From positions 373,984,001-374,048,000 of the forward strand of contig OZ024740.1 in assembly GCA_964016885.1 (NCBI GenBank): a stretch of DNA of 64,000 nt. Direction: 5' to 3'. The notes below the pieces were generated by a model, which searched no databases, was not told where the DNA came from, and worked only from the letters and a program-made list of their open reading frames with translations. Within the stretch, counting starts at the first letter, position 1; each line of letters starts with the position of its first letter. The translations under genes and the position numbers were made by a program. Below are positions 26,658 through 38,999 of the stretch, in pieces. The DNA comes from Eledone cirrhosa (taxonomy: Eukaryota).

Positions 26658-27413
26658 ATAATCACAACCTTATTTTCCTACTGCTTTAGAGCCTCTTTTA
26701 ACCTCAGGCCATTTCATATATATCCTTAGATATGTTAAACACTTCTTTACGTGATCAGATCAAAACTTATATTAAAGCGTGAATATTTAACAAATTTCAT
26801 GTCCGAAAATGACAGATTACGTTATGCACTTACAAAACATACAGATACAATGAAGGAAAGATTAAATGAAAGAGGGGGATGAGAAGGAGTAGAATCTGAA
26901 AATGTTTATCCAAAACATTTGACCTTTAAACATATGATATCAAAGTATGTGTAGAGATTTTATCAAATATCCAATATACGTTTACATAATAGGATGAAAT
27001 CAAAACTAAATAAACAAAAAATAAACAAAAGAATATTCAAAAGACGAAATACAAAGACAACAAACCCTGAAAATAAGCTTTGATGTATGAATATAATCAC
27101 AAATCTACTATTAATGTAACTGAGAAATCAATCTTAGGTTTATATATTTCATGCCAGCCGAACACCAAGATTTTAAAGTAATGTCTACGAGGAGATTAAA
27201 GCGAGACATTATCAAACATATGTTATTAATTACGTCCTTTGCGTTTAGATTTAAAATTATCTTGCTCTTTATATTTCTCGTTCGCTGTTAGAATATGGAT
27301 GTATATATCATGGGAGATATGATGGTCAATGCAAGAGTGAATACTCTATGCCATAGTAAATTTTACTATAGCCAAATCAGTGTCATAACTGCCTAGAAAT
27401 TCGCCTCTACATA

Positions 27414-27450
<37 letters not shown>

Positions 27451-27680
27451 TCTCTCTCTTTTTCTCTCTCTCTCTCTCTTCCTCTCTCTCTCATTCTCTC
27501 TCTATCTTTCTCACCCCCCCCTCTCTCTCTTTATATATATATATATTAGAAAGTGAGGTTTTTTTTAACAAAATGAAAAATAACCGAGGTGTCCTACACG
27601 AGTGAAAGTATAAAGAAAAAAGATGAAATCGAAAATGCAACTGGAGACTTATTTAAAAATATATACATATTTATTTGGTT

Positions 27681-27718
27681 CCTTTACCGGTTTCGCAGTT
27701 CTTCTGCTTTTCAAATGT
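27681..27718 (-). ncRNA. Type I hammerhead, U3-A8 variant (family C), helix I degraded
   Basis: UUGAAAA-GCAG aagaa CUGC-GAA-ACCGGU-A-AAGG. Confidence 0.6.
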
Positions 27719-27769
27719 AGAGTTGAGATGGAGGGTCTGTGATTTTTCTCACAGGTTTGTGGTTTTTCT

Positions 27770-28235
27770 CATTATGTTCCCACTGTTGTATTGTATATTT
27801 ACGCCATCGGTCCTCAATGTTTACCAATGTTTACCATTGACTGACCAACGGTCAAAAATACAGATATAGTATAGATATAAACACATATATATAGTCTAAC
27901 AAATTCTTTCGTTTCACTTCTGCAACATCGTCAGTGGTGCTATTATGTTCCTCCTGTTGTATTGTATATTTACGGCATCTTTATCTAATAAAGATGGCGT
28001 AAATATACAATACAACAGGAGGAACATGATAGCACCACTGACGATATTGCAGATGTAAGCGAAAAACTTTGTTAGACTATATATGTGTTTATATCTATAT
28101 TATATCTGTATTTTTGACCGCTGGTCACTCAATGGTAAACATTGAGGACCGAATGAATTAATTGATATAAAAGATGCAGAAGCGAAAACCAACCAATATT
28201 ATTACAAAAATATGACCCTCCCCGAGTATAACAGT
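27770..28235. mobile_element. Foldback of PLE 3'-terminal sequence (family D')
   Basis: Arms 27807-27984 and 27988-28152. The sequence matches the 3' UTR (55445-55740) of the GIY-YIG element at 55445-56600. Confidence 0.85.
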
Positions 28236-28238
28236 ACA

Positions 28239-28300
<62 letters not shown>

Positions 28301-28781
28301 CATTATATATATATTTCATTATCCGCACATCGTAAATACATATATTATTGGGATATAATACTTAGTTGAAGAGTGGGGAACAATGCATACCAAACACGGC
28401 ATAAAAATCATACCACGTAGCCTAAAGGCAATATACAATATTCCATATTTAATATATATTTGAGATTCTTCATATTTCTTTCGAATAACTCTATTATAGT
28501 TCCTACGATTTTAATATAACCATGCCTCTTGTAATAAATGTTTCCGTTTTGGGACGAACAATGGGAAATACATTGAAATGTATCTGTTTATTACATATAA
28601 CTATACGAACACACACACATACACATACACATGTACACGAGGATATGTATATATCTGATGACACAGATAAACACGCGAAACTCCTGAGTTAGAAGACATA
28701 ATATTTAGCCTTAATAGAATGGATATTTAAACTCTACTTCACTATCACGACTCTTTTCTTCCAGCCATCAACCAGGTACGG

Positions 28782-28833
<52 letters not shown>

Positions 28834-29159
28834 AAGGAGGAGTTGGTATATCTCCATTACGTTTATTGATTGGTTGTTTAACGGCTTTTAAGAACGAAAT
28901 AAGAGGTTTTACTATATATGTGTGTTTAAATACAGAGGTTTCACTGTATATGTGTGTTTATGTGTGTTTGTGTGTGTGTGCGATATTTATATATAAAGGA
29001 ATATAGAGAGGGCAAAATTAAGAAGTCATCAGAAACTAACGCTTTGTCATATTCATTTATGTAAACTAATGTAAATGTATGAATATATGTTAAATATATC
29101 TTCTGAAGACGCAATATAGAGTACATACACCACTAAAATAGCTATTGTAAAGTCATTGT

Positions 29160-29335
29160 CAGTATCGGTAGAGGGTCGGAAGACATTCATTGCAGCAAAG
29201 AGTTACGACCCTTTATGGTGTGATTTCAAATCCCGCCGAGGTTAACATTGCCTTTCATCCTTACGGGGTCGATAAAATAAAGTACCAGTAATACACTGGG
29301 ATAATTGTTGGCCTTGTGCCAAAAGTAGAAACAAT
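29160..29335 (+). mobile_element. tRNA-type SINE
   Basis: Close match to 10629-10805. Confidence 0.8.
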
Positions 29336-29984
29336 TATTTGAGGAGAGTAAAAAGAGGATTTAATAGAAACTTCCTGTACTTTAGAAATTTATATAAATT
29401 TGCAACGAACAATAAAAGTAAAAGAAAAAGGGATTGTAAAATAAAACGATTGTATAAAAGAAGAAATGCATTTGATATTAAAACTTGTGCCTCAATGACT
29501 GCGAAAATCCGTAATTGTCTGAGCTTGTATACTTATTTACATATATATTATTAATTATATTTTGTTGTTCTCTTAAAAGAAAGCTGACAAACCCTTTCAA
29601 GTACAGTCGATACTAATCTGACTATGGTAAATCTTGATGCAATAATAGACTCCGATTACTCCTTATTAATCCCATGCTGCACAATTCATTTAACACGACA
29701 TTAAAATATACAGACAGTCTAACTGTCAAAATGATCATTAGTACACATTTGATCATTGTTTTCTCCTCGCCAAAACATCCTCTAATTTTTCTTTAACCCC
29801 TTCGTTTCTTTACAGATGACGCATTATACTCTGAAATTACAAACAATACATATATTCATATTTGTCCTTGTTATTCTTACGTATTATAAACTGGCTCGTA
29901 TTATTTGTATATGCTGTTCTCTGTATATTATTTCTAGTTATCTGAAACCGACACCCTTTACGCACATATATATACATATATATA

Positions 29985-30673
29985 TGAATAAAATGAGTCC
30001 TTCATCAGTGATCTTCCAACCTTCATTGGTATTTCTTCGGCGTAACAATCTTATACCTATGGTTGGTGCGAGCAATAACTAAAGAACATTAACTGATGAA
30101 GGACTAATTTTATTCATATGAAACCCATGTGCACCAAGCAGCACGCCATTTTTCATATATTTATATTTTTTCCTCCGCTGCTACCTGTCGGATTCTTTCT
30201 TACTGCTTCCCCTTTCTCTGTATCTCTCAACTTCTATTTACCTCCTCTGCCGGTCGCTCTATCTCGGTTGGCCTTTTCCTCACACTTTCACTCACTCACT
30301 TTCTGCTTCCCGCCTCTCGCACTTACTCCCGTTTGACCTGTGTGAAATCCTTTTCTCGCTCACATCTCACCCAGCTCGGATGGTCTTTACCTATACTCTA
30401 TGATTTCACCGACCTTAAGTTCATAGATATCACGGATTTGTTTCTCCTCTTCGTCTCTTTCCGTTGCATTACCATCTATGTTTGTTTACATGTCTCGCTC
30501 GCTTTACCCTATTTTATGTGTCCCAATAACTTTCGTTAGTTATTGCTCGCACCAACCAGAGTAATATGATCTTTAAAGCGAAGAAATACCAATGAAGGCT
30601 GGTAGATCACTGATGAAGGACTACTTTTATTCATTTCATATGAAACCCATGTGCAACCACGCAGCACGCCATT

Positions 30674-30680
<7 letters not shown>
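29985..30680. mobile_element. About 516-bp unit with terminal direct repeat and 5' inverted fragment
   Basis: ctgatgaaggacta...gcagcacgccatttttcata at both 30094 and 30611. 29985-30081 is the reverse complement of about 30524-30633. Confidence 0.8.
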
Positions 30681-30725
<45 letters not shown>

Positions 30726-31591
30726 TTGCACTTACACTCATCTGTTTTTATTTGTGTACGGATGTAATTTTGTCTTTCTATACTTGGTAGTATTACTGAA
30801 CCCGGTTACCAATCTATTTTCAACAACATTTATTGTTACAATCATTATGGAATATATATAGTCTTACATGTAAAGTTCGTTCCAATAAATTATTTTCAAC
30901 ATTATATTTTCGAAAAACTCATTTCTGTAATTTGAGTATTCTTAAACGTTTTTGCATCGTAAATTCTGTGTTTCTCTTTGTCATATTTTTTTTTTAATTT
31001 CCATGCGACAGTGTAATAAGATTTCAGCAGTATTTATTTAACCATTTACCAGCTAAATATAATCTTTCAATGAGTAACCTGAATTCTGATATTCCATCTC
31101 TCACCACTCCTATAATTCTCCCAATATTTCAAAAAAATAAATAGTTTTAATTTATTAAAAGGATAGCAATACCTAATGTTTATGTGTCATATATAGCTGC
31201 CAGTTAAGTTTAAAATTCCTACGTAAATATTTTATGTTTTTCTTTACCAATTAACACGCATTCCCCCGCCATTGAATGATTACGGCAGACATTTATGAGA
31301 TAAAATCATTCTTCTGATTAGAAATACATTTTCACAATATTATTGAATTTGTGTTTCTTAAAATGTATATCTTTATATTTTGTAAATACCTTAAAGGAAA
31401 CGACTGTATTATTTTAGACGATATGTTAAAGAAAGCGATTACATATTCATATTTTTTAAACAAAATATTTTACGAAAATGTTAGTCCAAAATGTTTTGTT
31501 TCAATCATATATTACAGAACAGAATCAATAACAATGTGCAGTGACAACTTGATATTAATTGCCATATAATGTTGCTACTGCTGCATCTATC

Positions 31592-31704
<113 letters not shown>

Positions 31705-32484
31705 CTTATCTCTAGGTTTCGATAGTCATTCTACTGAGTCACACCTCAATCTCACTCATCTTCCTAACTATCTTCTTCCAACACCCTCACACCACTATTT
31801 CATATATATATATATATATGACTGAAAAAGTGGTGTGATATATTGTCATATATATATAGTGGTGTGATATAAATATATATATAGTGGTGTGATATCTAAA
31901 CTATAATAAAGGTAGGTTCGCGGGACTGCGTACGGTTTATTGTTTTTTTTTAACCCGTTAGTAAAATAAGTTGGGTTACTTTGAATAAATATTGAATGAA
32001 TATTACATAATTTATCTACTAAATTTCGTAAACAAAAATAATTTCGTAAAAACGAATAATTTAAAATTGACTTCTTTTCAAAGTTGCACTTCTGGTATAT
32101 CTTTGCCACCCCCACCACTCAACTACCATGTATATAGAAAGAGAGAGTGTGTGATGTCAACACTTCCGGTGGCGATCACTTAAATAAACATACTAATTTT
32201 CCGTCGCTAATTTTCTTCTAATGCAGTTTATATATACTATCGTCTTTTTCTAATGTATCATGGATTGCGTTACTGATTACATAAGACAGTGTAACAACGC
32301 CTTCGTTCAATTTCTGTTTTATATTGTCAATTACGATTTTATTTGATGTATCATACTTCCCTGTATATGTACTTGCGTATAATATCAATATACACACTAC
32401 ACATGCTAGTAGAAAACCATCCGAGGATGGTTTTTCTGCTAGTATATATAATAGTGGTGTGATATATATATGTATATGTGTATG

Positions 32485-33057
32485 TATTTTTTCTCGCGAG
32501 TCAGTTCTTTCGTTGCTACAGACCATGCAGCTGAATTACCGGTCGCTATCTTCAATTTGCAAAGCCCTTTAAACTGTATGTTATTACTCTGAGGTCTATA
32601 CCTTATCGAGTGCTTGGCTGCATTGATGAAGGCATTCGTCGGCTTATCTGCGGCTCGAGCATCGAATATGCTGTAGTTTTATTTGTATTTCTATTTCCTA
32701 AACTTAATGATTAATTGATTAATTTAATTTCACAATTCCATTTATTGTTTAATTATTTATGGTTGTTTAATAGCGGTCTGGTTGAGTGCTTAATTCAGTT
32801 TGTGTATGGAACTTTTTCCATTGCTCGTAATTTGAATTTGATCGCCATAAACCGGGGCTACCTCCCTTTGGAGTAACATGTGCCATCACAACCAGATTTG
32901 TGACAGAAGAAAAACCTGTTGAGAAATTAAATCCACTGTTCGATTTTCCAGAAACTTAACTTGTATACACTACAAGCGGATTTTGTTGATTGCGGATTTA
33001 CAGAAACCTAACTGAGATATTGAATAATTTCGAAGTGACGGTCCAGGTTTGTTATAG

Positions 33058-33129
<72 letters not shown>

Positions 33130-33335
33130 ATGTACTTTTTTTCACGAGTCAGATCTTTCGTTGCTACAGACCACGCGGTTGAATTACCGGTCGCTATCTT
33201 CAATTTACAAATCCTTTTAAACTGTATGTTATTACTCTGATGTTTATAACTTGTTGAGAGCTTGGCTGCACTGCTGAAGGCATTCGTCGGCTTAGCTGGG
33301 GCACAAGCTTCGAATATGATGTATTTTCATTTGTG
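32485..33335 (+). repeat. Diverged ~200-bp direct repeats about 650 bp apart
   Basis: gagtcag.tctttcgttgctacagacca...gaattaccggtcgctatcttcaattt at about 32498 and 33146. Confidence 0.8.
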
Positions 33336-33463
33336 TATATATATACATATATACACATATACATATTGGTTATTCGTTATTATCACTATGTTTTAAGTCT
33401 CGTTACTATACATTTTAAATTTTGTTCTCAGGATCACGTGACGGGAATATTATCAGTATTTTG

Positions 33464-33636
<173 letters not shown>

Positions 33637-34899
33637 GTGTTTGTGTGTATCTGTACGCGTGGTACTGTTAAACAGTTTCTGGCAGAAGGCTTGTATTTCT
33701 GAATTGTTAGAGCTTCGAATAAAATGTTTCGTTACTGTATTTGATAGCACATTACATTCTAGTATATATCCGCTGAACCTCAACTTTGCTTCTCATCCGC
33801 CCAAAAATTCAGCAGAATGAGAGCCTAAATTTGAAATTAATATTTATCCATATGGCTTAATATTATCTGCAGATATCTCTACCCTGAATGGATTCATGTC
33901 TCAAAGTAACATGATTGTTGAGTAGGTAGGATAGTGGCGTTAACATCAGATGAAAGCATAACACTGCCATGCTAGTATTATCAATCAGGATGACAGTTAG
34001 GCTACTGATTATTCCCATCTCAGATGGGACAAAAATATTAAGTATCAGACAACATTTGCGGTTGAAATTTGGTTGGGTGTAATGACTTGATGATCAAACG
34101 TTTTCATATCAAAACATTTCTGACATTTCAGACACTGCAGTCAAATGATTGGGATTCGATACTCATTATTATTGGATCTCACTGTTAAATAATATTGACT
34201 TGCCCATCTCCACCCTGCCATCATTCCTTCAGCTTGTGTTACAATCATTCCTTCAGCAGGTGGTATAATGTTGTAGAGAAAATTATTGTATTCGAGCAGA
34301 TTTCACAATCCAGTGTCTATTTCTTTGGGACAGTAGTTTCTTTTTATCTTGAATTGTTTGGTTATTTCTTGAATTGAGTTGTATAATAAAACAGTATTTG
34401 CGGAATTCTGGCAGCCCATATATAGCTCAGTGAGATGTTTAAGTCTTCCCCCATTTGAAATCGTAGCTGAATGGCCATCCTTTTGGGAATGTGGAAAATA
34501 TACAAAGCATTGCAAGACACTCACAGAAAATAAATTTCGGTACTGCGATGATCAATGGATAAGACATCGGAACATCTGTGTGACTTCGCAAGAGTCGTAT
34601 TTTGTTTGAGTCGCATAAAGTTTGAGATAGCTTGCAATTGCATATACGGCTCATATAATTTACATGAAACAACAGTAGCTTTTCTTTTCAGACAAACATT
34701 CGAAATAGTTTTATGTGTTGCAATCATTTAATTGAAGTTCTCCTCTGTATATATAATTTGTATGTGTGTGTATATAGAATCATTGCAGGAACTTCATATG
34801 CAGACATTTTGGAAAACTTTACAAATATTCATTGCACCTTTAAGACTTTAAGCGCTATATATATATGCTAAGGTAGAACATAAGGATAAATTAGAGAAC

Positions 34900-35480
34900 A
34901 TAGAATCTACACACAGAAAAGACGCAATTTTTAGACAAATCACAGAGACAATAAACATAAATGAATTACAACCAAAATTAAATAGAAAACATGAGTGGAA
35001 CAGCAACATCACAACTTACAATTAAGGACAAAATGAAAACACACACGCACATAGAACAAACAACCAAACAGTAACATGTAAATAAACAAATAAATAAACG
35101 AATATAAACACACACAGACACCCGGATGTAAAACATGCGCAAACTAAGCACACAACACACACAGAAAACATGATGGCGTAGGACAGAACAAAGGAGAGGC
35201 AAACAAAATAAAAAAAATAACCCCCAGCCACTGAAGAGGTCACATAATGTGTGACGAAATAACTTTGACAATATATAAACAACCATCTGGATGTGGAACC
35301 AACCAACCAACCGGAAATTTAGAAATTCCTAAATTTATAAATTTATTATAATAAATTGAAGTGAAGCACCTGGTGCGTGTGTTTCTTATTGGCAACATGA
35401 CCCTCCCAAAGTATAACAATATCGGTTTCAACACACGTTTTCAGATAAAGAATCTTGCTAAACAAATTCAGAAACGAAAT
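34900..35480 (+). mobile_element. Longest copy of PLE-terminal family D
   Basis: Contains gatggcgtagg, ccactgaaga-hairpin-gaaataactttg, aaccaacc and gaccctcccaaagtataacaat. Ends at (TA)n. Confidence 0.75.
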
Positions 35481-35519
35481 ATGTGAATATATATATATTA
35501 TATATATATATAATTGATT

Positions 35520-35555
<36 letters not shown>

Positions 35556-35719
35556 AAGAAATTAGATTAAATGCTCTGAAATAGCGATATATATGTGAAG
35601 ACAAACATAGAATATTCGAAAATATTCTGTATGTTTATAATAAACATTTTGAAGACCTAATCGCTATAGAATAGAATACGTCACGTATTACAATTAGATT
35701 CTCGATAAAAGCAAGGGAA

Positions 35720-35762
35720 GTAACCTACGCGTTTCATTCTCATTAGAAATCATCAGGATTAC
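35720..35762 (-). ncRNA. Type I hammerhead (family F); also 36030-36072 (GACA mutant), 36340-36382, 36650-36692, 36960-37002 (C3A mutant)
   Basis: GUAAUC-CUGAUGA-U UUCU aaug AGAA U-GAA-ACGCGU-A-GGUUAC on the minus strand. Confidence 0.85.
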
Positions 35763-37156
35763 ATATCCAGTGCTTTTATCGAGAATGACACAGCTAGAGA
35801 CTTATAGAATACTTAGCTGTGTACAGGAACTGGTTTGAAAGAGCGGTTGCCGGTCCGGCCGAAATTAGAAATTGGATTAAATGCTCTGAAATAGCGATAT
35901 ATATGTGAAGACAAAGATAGAATATTCGAAAATATTCTGTATGTTTATAATAAACATTTTGAAGACCTAATCGCTATAGAATAGAATACGTCACGTATTA
36001 CAATTAGATTCTCGATAAAAGCAAGGGAAGTAACCTACGCGTGTCATTCTCATTAGAAATCATCAGGATTACATATCCAGTGCTTTTATCGAGAATGACA
36101 CAGCTAGAGACTTATAGAATACTTAGCTGTGTACAGGAACTGGTTTGAAAGAGCGGTTGCCGGTCCGGCAGAAATTATAAATTGGATTAAATGCTCTGAA
36201 ATAGCGATATATATGTGAAGACAAACATAGAATATTCGAAAATATTCTGTATGTTTATAATAAACATTTTGAAGACCTAATCGCTATAGAATAGAATACG
36301 TCACGTATTACAATTAGATTCTCGATAAAAGCAAGGGAAGTAACCTACGCGTTTCATTCTCATTAGAAATCATCAGGATTACATATCCAGTGCTTTTATC
36401 GAGAATGACACAGCTAGAGACTTATAGAATACTTAGCTGTGTACAGGAACTGGTTTGAAAGAGCGGTTGCCGGTCCGGCAGAAATTAGAAATTGGATTAT
36501 ATGCTCTGAAATAGCGATATATATGTGAAGACAAACATAGAATATTCGAAAATATTCTGTATGTTTATAATAAACATTTTGAAGACCTAATCGCTATAGA
36601 ATAGAATACGTCACGTATTACAATTAGATTCTCGATAAAAGCAAGGGAAGTAACCTACGCGTTTCATTCTCATTAGAAATCATCAGGATTACATATCCAG
36701 TGCTTTTATCGAGAATGACACAGCTAGATACTCATAGAATACTTAGCTGTGTACAGGAACTGGTTTGAAAGAGCGGTTGCCGGTCCGGCAGAAATTATAA
36801 ATTGGATTAAATGCTCTGAAATAGCGATATATATGTGAAGACAAACATAGAATATTCGAAAATATTCTGTATGTTTATAATAAACATTTTGAAGACCTAA
36901 TCGCTATAGAATAGAATACGTCACGTATTACAATTAGATTCTCGATAAAAGCAAGGGAAGTAACCTACGCGTTTCATTCTCATTAGAAATCATCATGATT
37001 ACATATCCAGTGCCTTTATCGAGAATGACACAGCTAGAGACTTATAGAATACTTAGCTGTGTACAGGAACTGGTTTGAAAGAGCGGGTGTTCCTGTACAC
37101 AGCTAAGTATTCTATAAGTCTCTAGCTGTATCATTCTCGATAAAAGCACTGGATAT

Positions 37157-37199
37157 GTAATCCTGATGATTTCTAATGAGAATGAAACGCGTAGGTTAC
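37157..37199 (+). ncRNA. Type I hammerhead (family F)
   Basis: gtaatc ctgatga tttctaatgagaat gaaa cgcg ta ggttac. Confidence 0.85.
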
Positions 37200-37466
37200 T
37201 TCCCTTGCTTTTATCGAGAATCTAATTGTAATAAGTGACGTATTCTATTCTATAACGATTAGGTCTTCAAAATGTTTATTATAAACATACAGAATATTTT
37301 CGAATATTCTATGTTTGTCTTCACATATATATCGCTATTTCAGAGCATTTAATCCAATTTCTAATTTCTGCCGGACCGGCAACCGCTCTTTCAAACCAGT
37401 TCCTGTACACAGCTAAGTATTCTATAAGTCTCTAGCTGTGTCATTCTCGATAAAAGCACTGGATAT

Positions 37467-37509
37467 GTAATCCTGATGATTTCTAATGAGAATGAAACGC
37501 GTAGGTTAC
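37467..37509 (+). ncRNA. Type I hammerhead (family F)
   Basis: Identical motif 310 bp downstream of 37157. Confidence 0.85.
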
Positions 37510-37679
37510 TTCCCTTGCTTTTATCGAGAATCTAATTGTAATACGTGATGTATTCTATACTATAGCGATTAGGTCTTCAAAATGTTTATTATAAACATAC
37601 AGAATATTTTCGAATATTCTATGTTTGTCTTTATATATATATTTATATATATATATATATTTATATATGTGCTTGTTTA

Positions 37680-38095
37680 TGTCTCTATCACTTGGACGCT
37701 AACGTCGAGACTGGGGGAAAAGCTAGACGGGATATACACACGTATCCTCCGCGCTACTTTAAACTTGTCTTGGCGGGAACACACAACAAATAAGGATCTC
37801 TATGGCAATATACGACCTATCAGCAGGTTGATACTTGGACACAGACTCAGATTCGCTGGCCATTGTTGGCACAGCAAGTAGGAAATAACAGGTGATCTGT
37901 TGTTATGGAGTCCATCTCATGCAGTAAGAAACGCAGGTCGTCCCAAGAAGACACACGTCAAGCAACTTGAGGACGATACTGGATGCACTGCGGAAGAACT
38001 GGCAATCGCTATGAGAGACAGAGATGGATGGAGGAAAACTGTCGTAGAAAGCCAAGCAAGCTCCATCTGATGATGATGATGGTGATGATGATCAT
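37680..38095 (+). mobile_element. RTE-clade LINE 3' fragment with (GAT)n tail
   Basis: TWTLT...LDGIYTRILRATLNLSWREH.TNKDLY...RLRFAGHCW...GRPKKT. Confidence 0.85.
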
Positions 38096-38099
38096 GATT

Positions 38100-38154
<55 letters not shown>

Positions 38155-38349
38155 TGGTTTATATATATATATATAATTGATTTGGTAACTCTGCTTCAAA
38201 GAAACAAGACGTATCTGAGCATCTTGCGATTTCAGAGTCAGGTTCGATCATTGAATCGATCGTTTCTGGATCTGGTCACCAGAGAAACGATTGTAATATG
38301 TCTAATAAACTTTAATTCGTCGCACCATTGATTCTCCGTTTCTTATGTG

Positions 38350-38381
<32 letters not shown>

Positions 38382-38539
38382 AGTATTATATTATATTACT
38401 AATTTATGTTCATACACATATCAAATGGCATCAAAATTGTGATTTTTTGCACCTAGGGATAATGCTACACGCACACAACCACACATATGCTTCGCCCACC
38501 CCCTCCACCCACACACACACACGCACACACATACACACA

Positions 38540-38618
<79 letters not shown>

Positions 38619-38999
38619 GTGACTAATAATGTATGAGCCTGTATGTATGCAAGTTTCATTGATACAGCATTCAAGGCATTTTGTTTCTCATCAGACAAAT
38701 AATGCAATTTCCCACCTATCTGATGCCAACACTTTCTTTAAATAGTACAAGATCTCATATCTGAGAGAACTTTCATACAAGGAGCCCCAAAGCTTACTAA
38801 ATATTAATGCATCCATGAAAACTCACAGTGAAAATTAATACGAAACGTTTATTAGAGAGAACTAAATTTATCAAGATGATTAGTACTAGACACGTACACT
38901 AAAAAATAAAACTCTACAACCTAGTAGTGATTAATAGTTCGAATGCTTAGAAAAATCACTATACGTGTATGCAAATGCATATAATGTGGACTCCATTGG

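Larger units (their letters stand above)
35557..37631. mobile_element. Retrozyme-like array: 4.9 tandem 310-bp monomers then 1.75 inverted monomers
   Basis: atgctctgaa recurs at 35571, 35881, 36191, 36501 and 36811. The inversion is at 37086-37089. One hammerhead per monomer and (TA)n on both flanks. Confidence 0.92.

Noticed and set aside
28651-28695. CUGAUGA...GAAACUCcuGAGUU motif
   Set aside because: Helix III forms but helices I and II do not. At best it is a decayed copy.
33660-34730. Possible decayed DNA transposase
   Set aside because: No catalytic motif or terminal inverted repeats could be identified.
35557-37086. CRISPR-like array
   Set aside because: Whole 310-bp monomers are near-identical with no unique spacers, and the context is eukaryotic.
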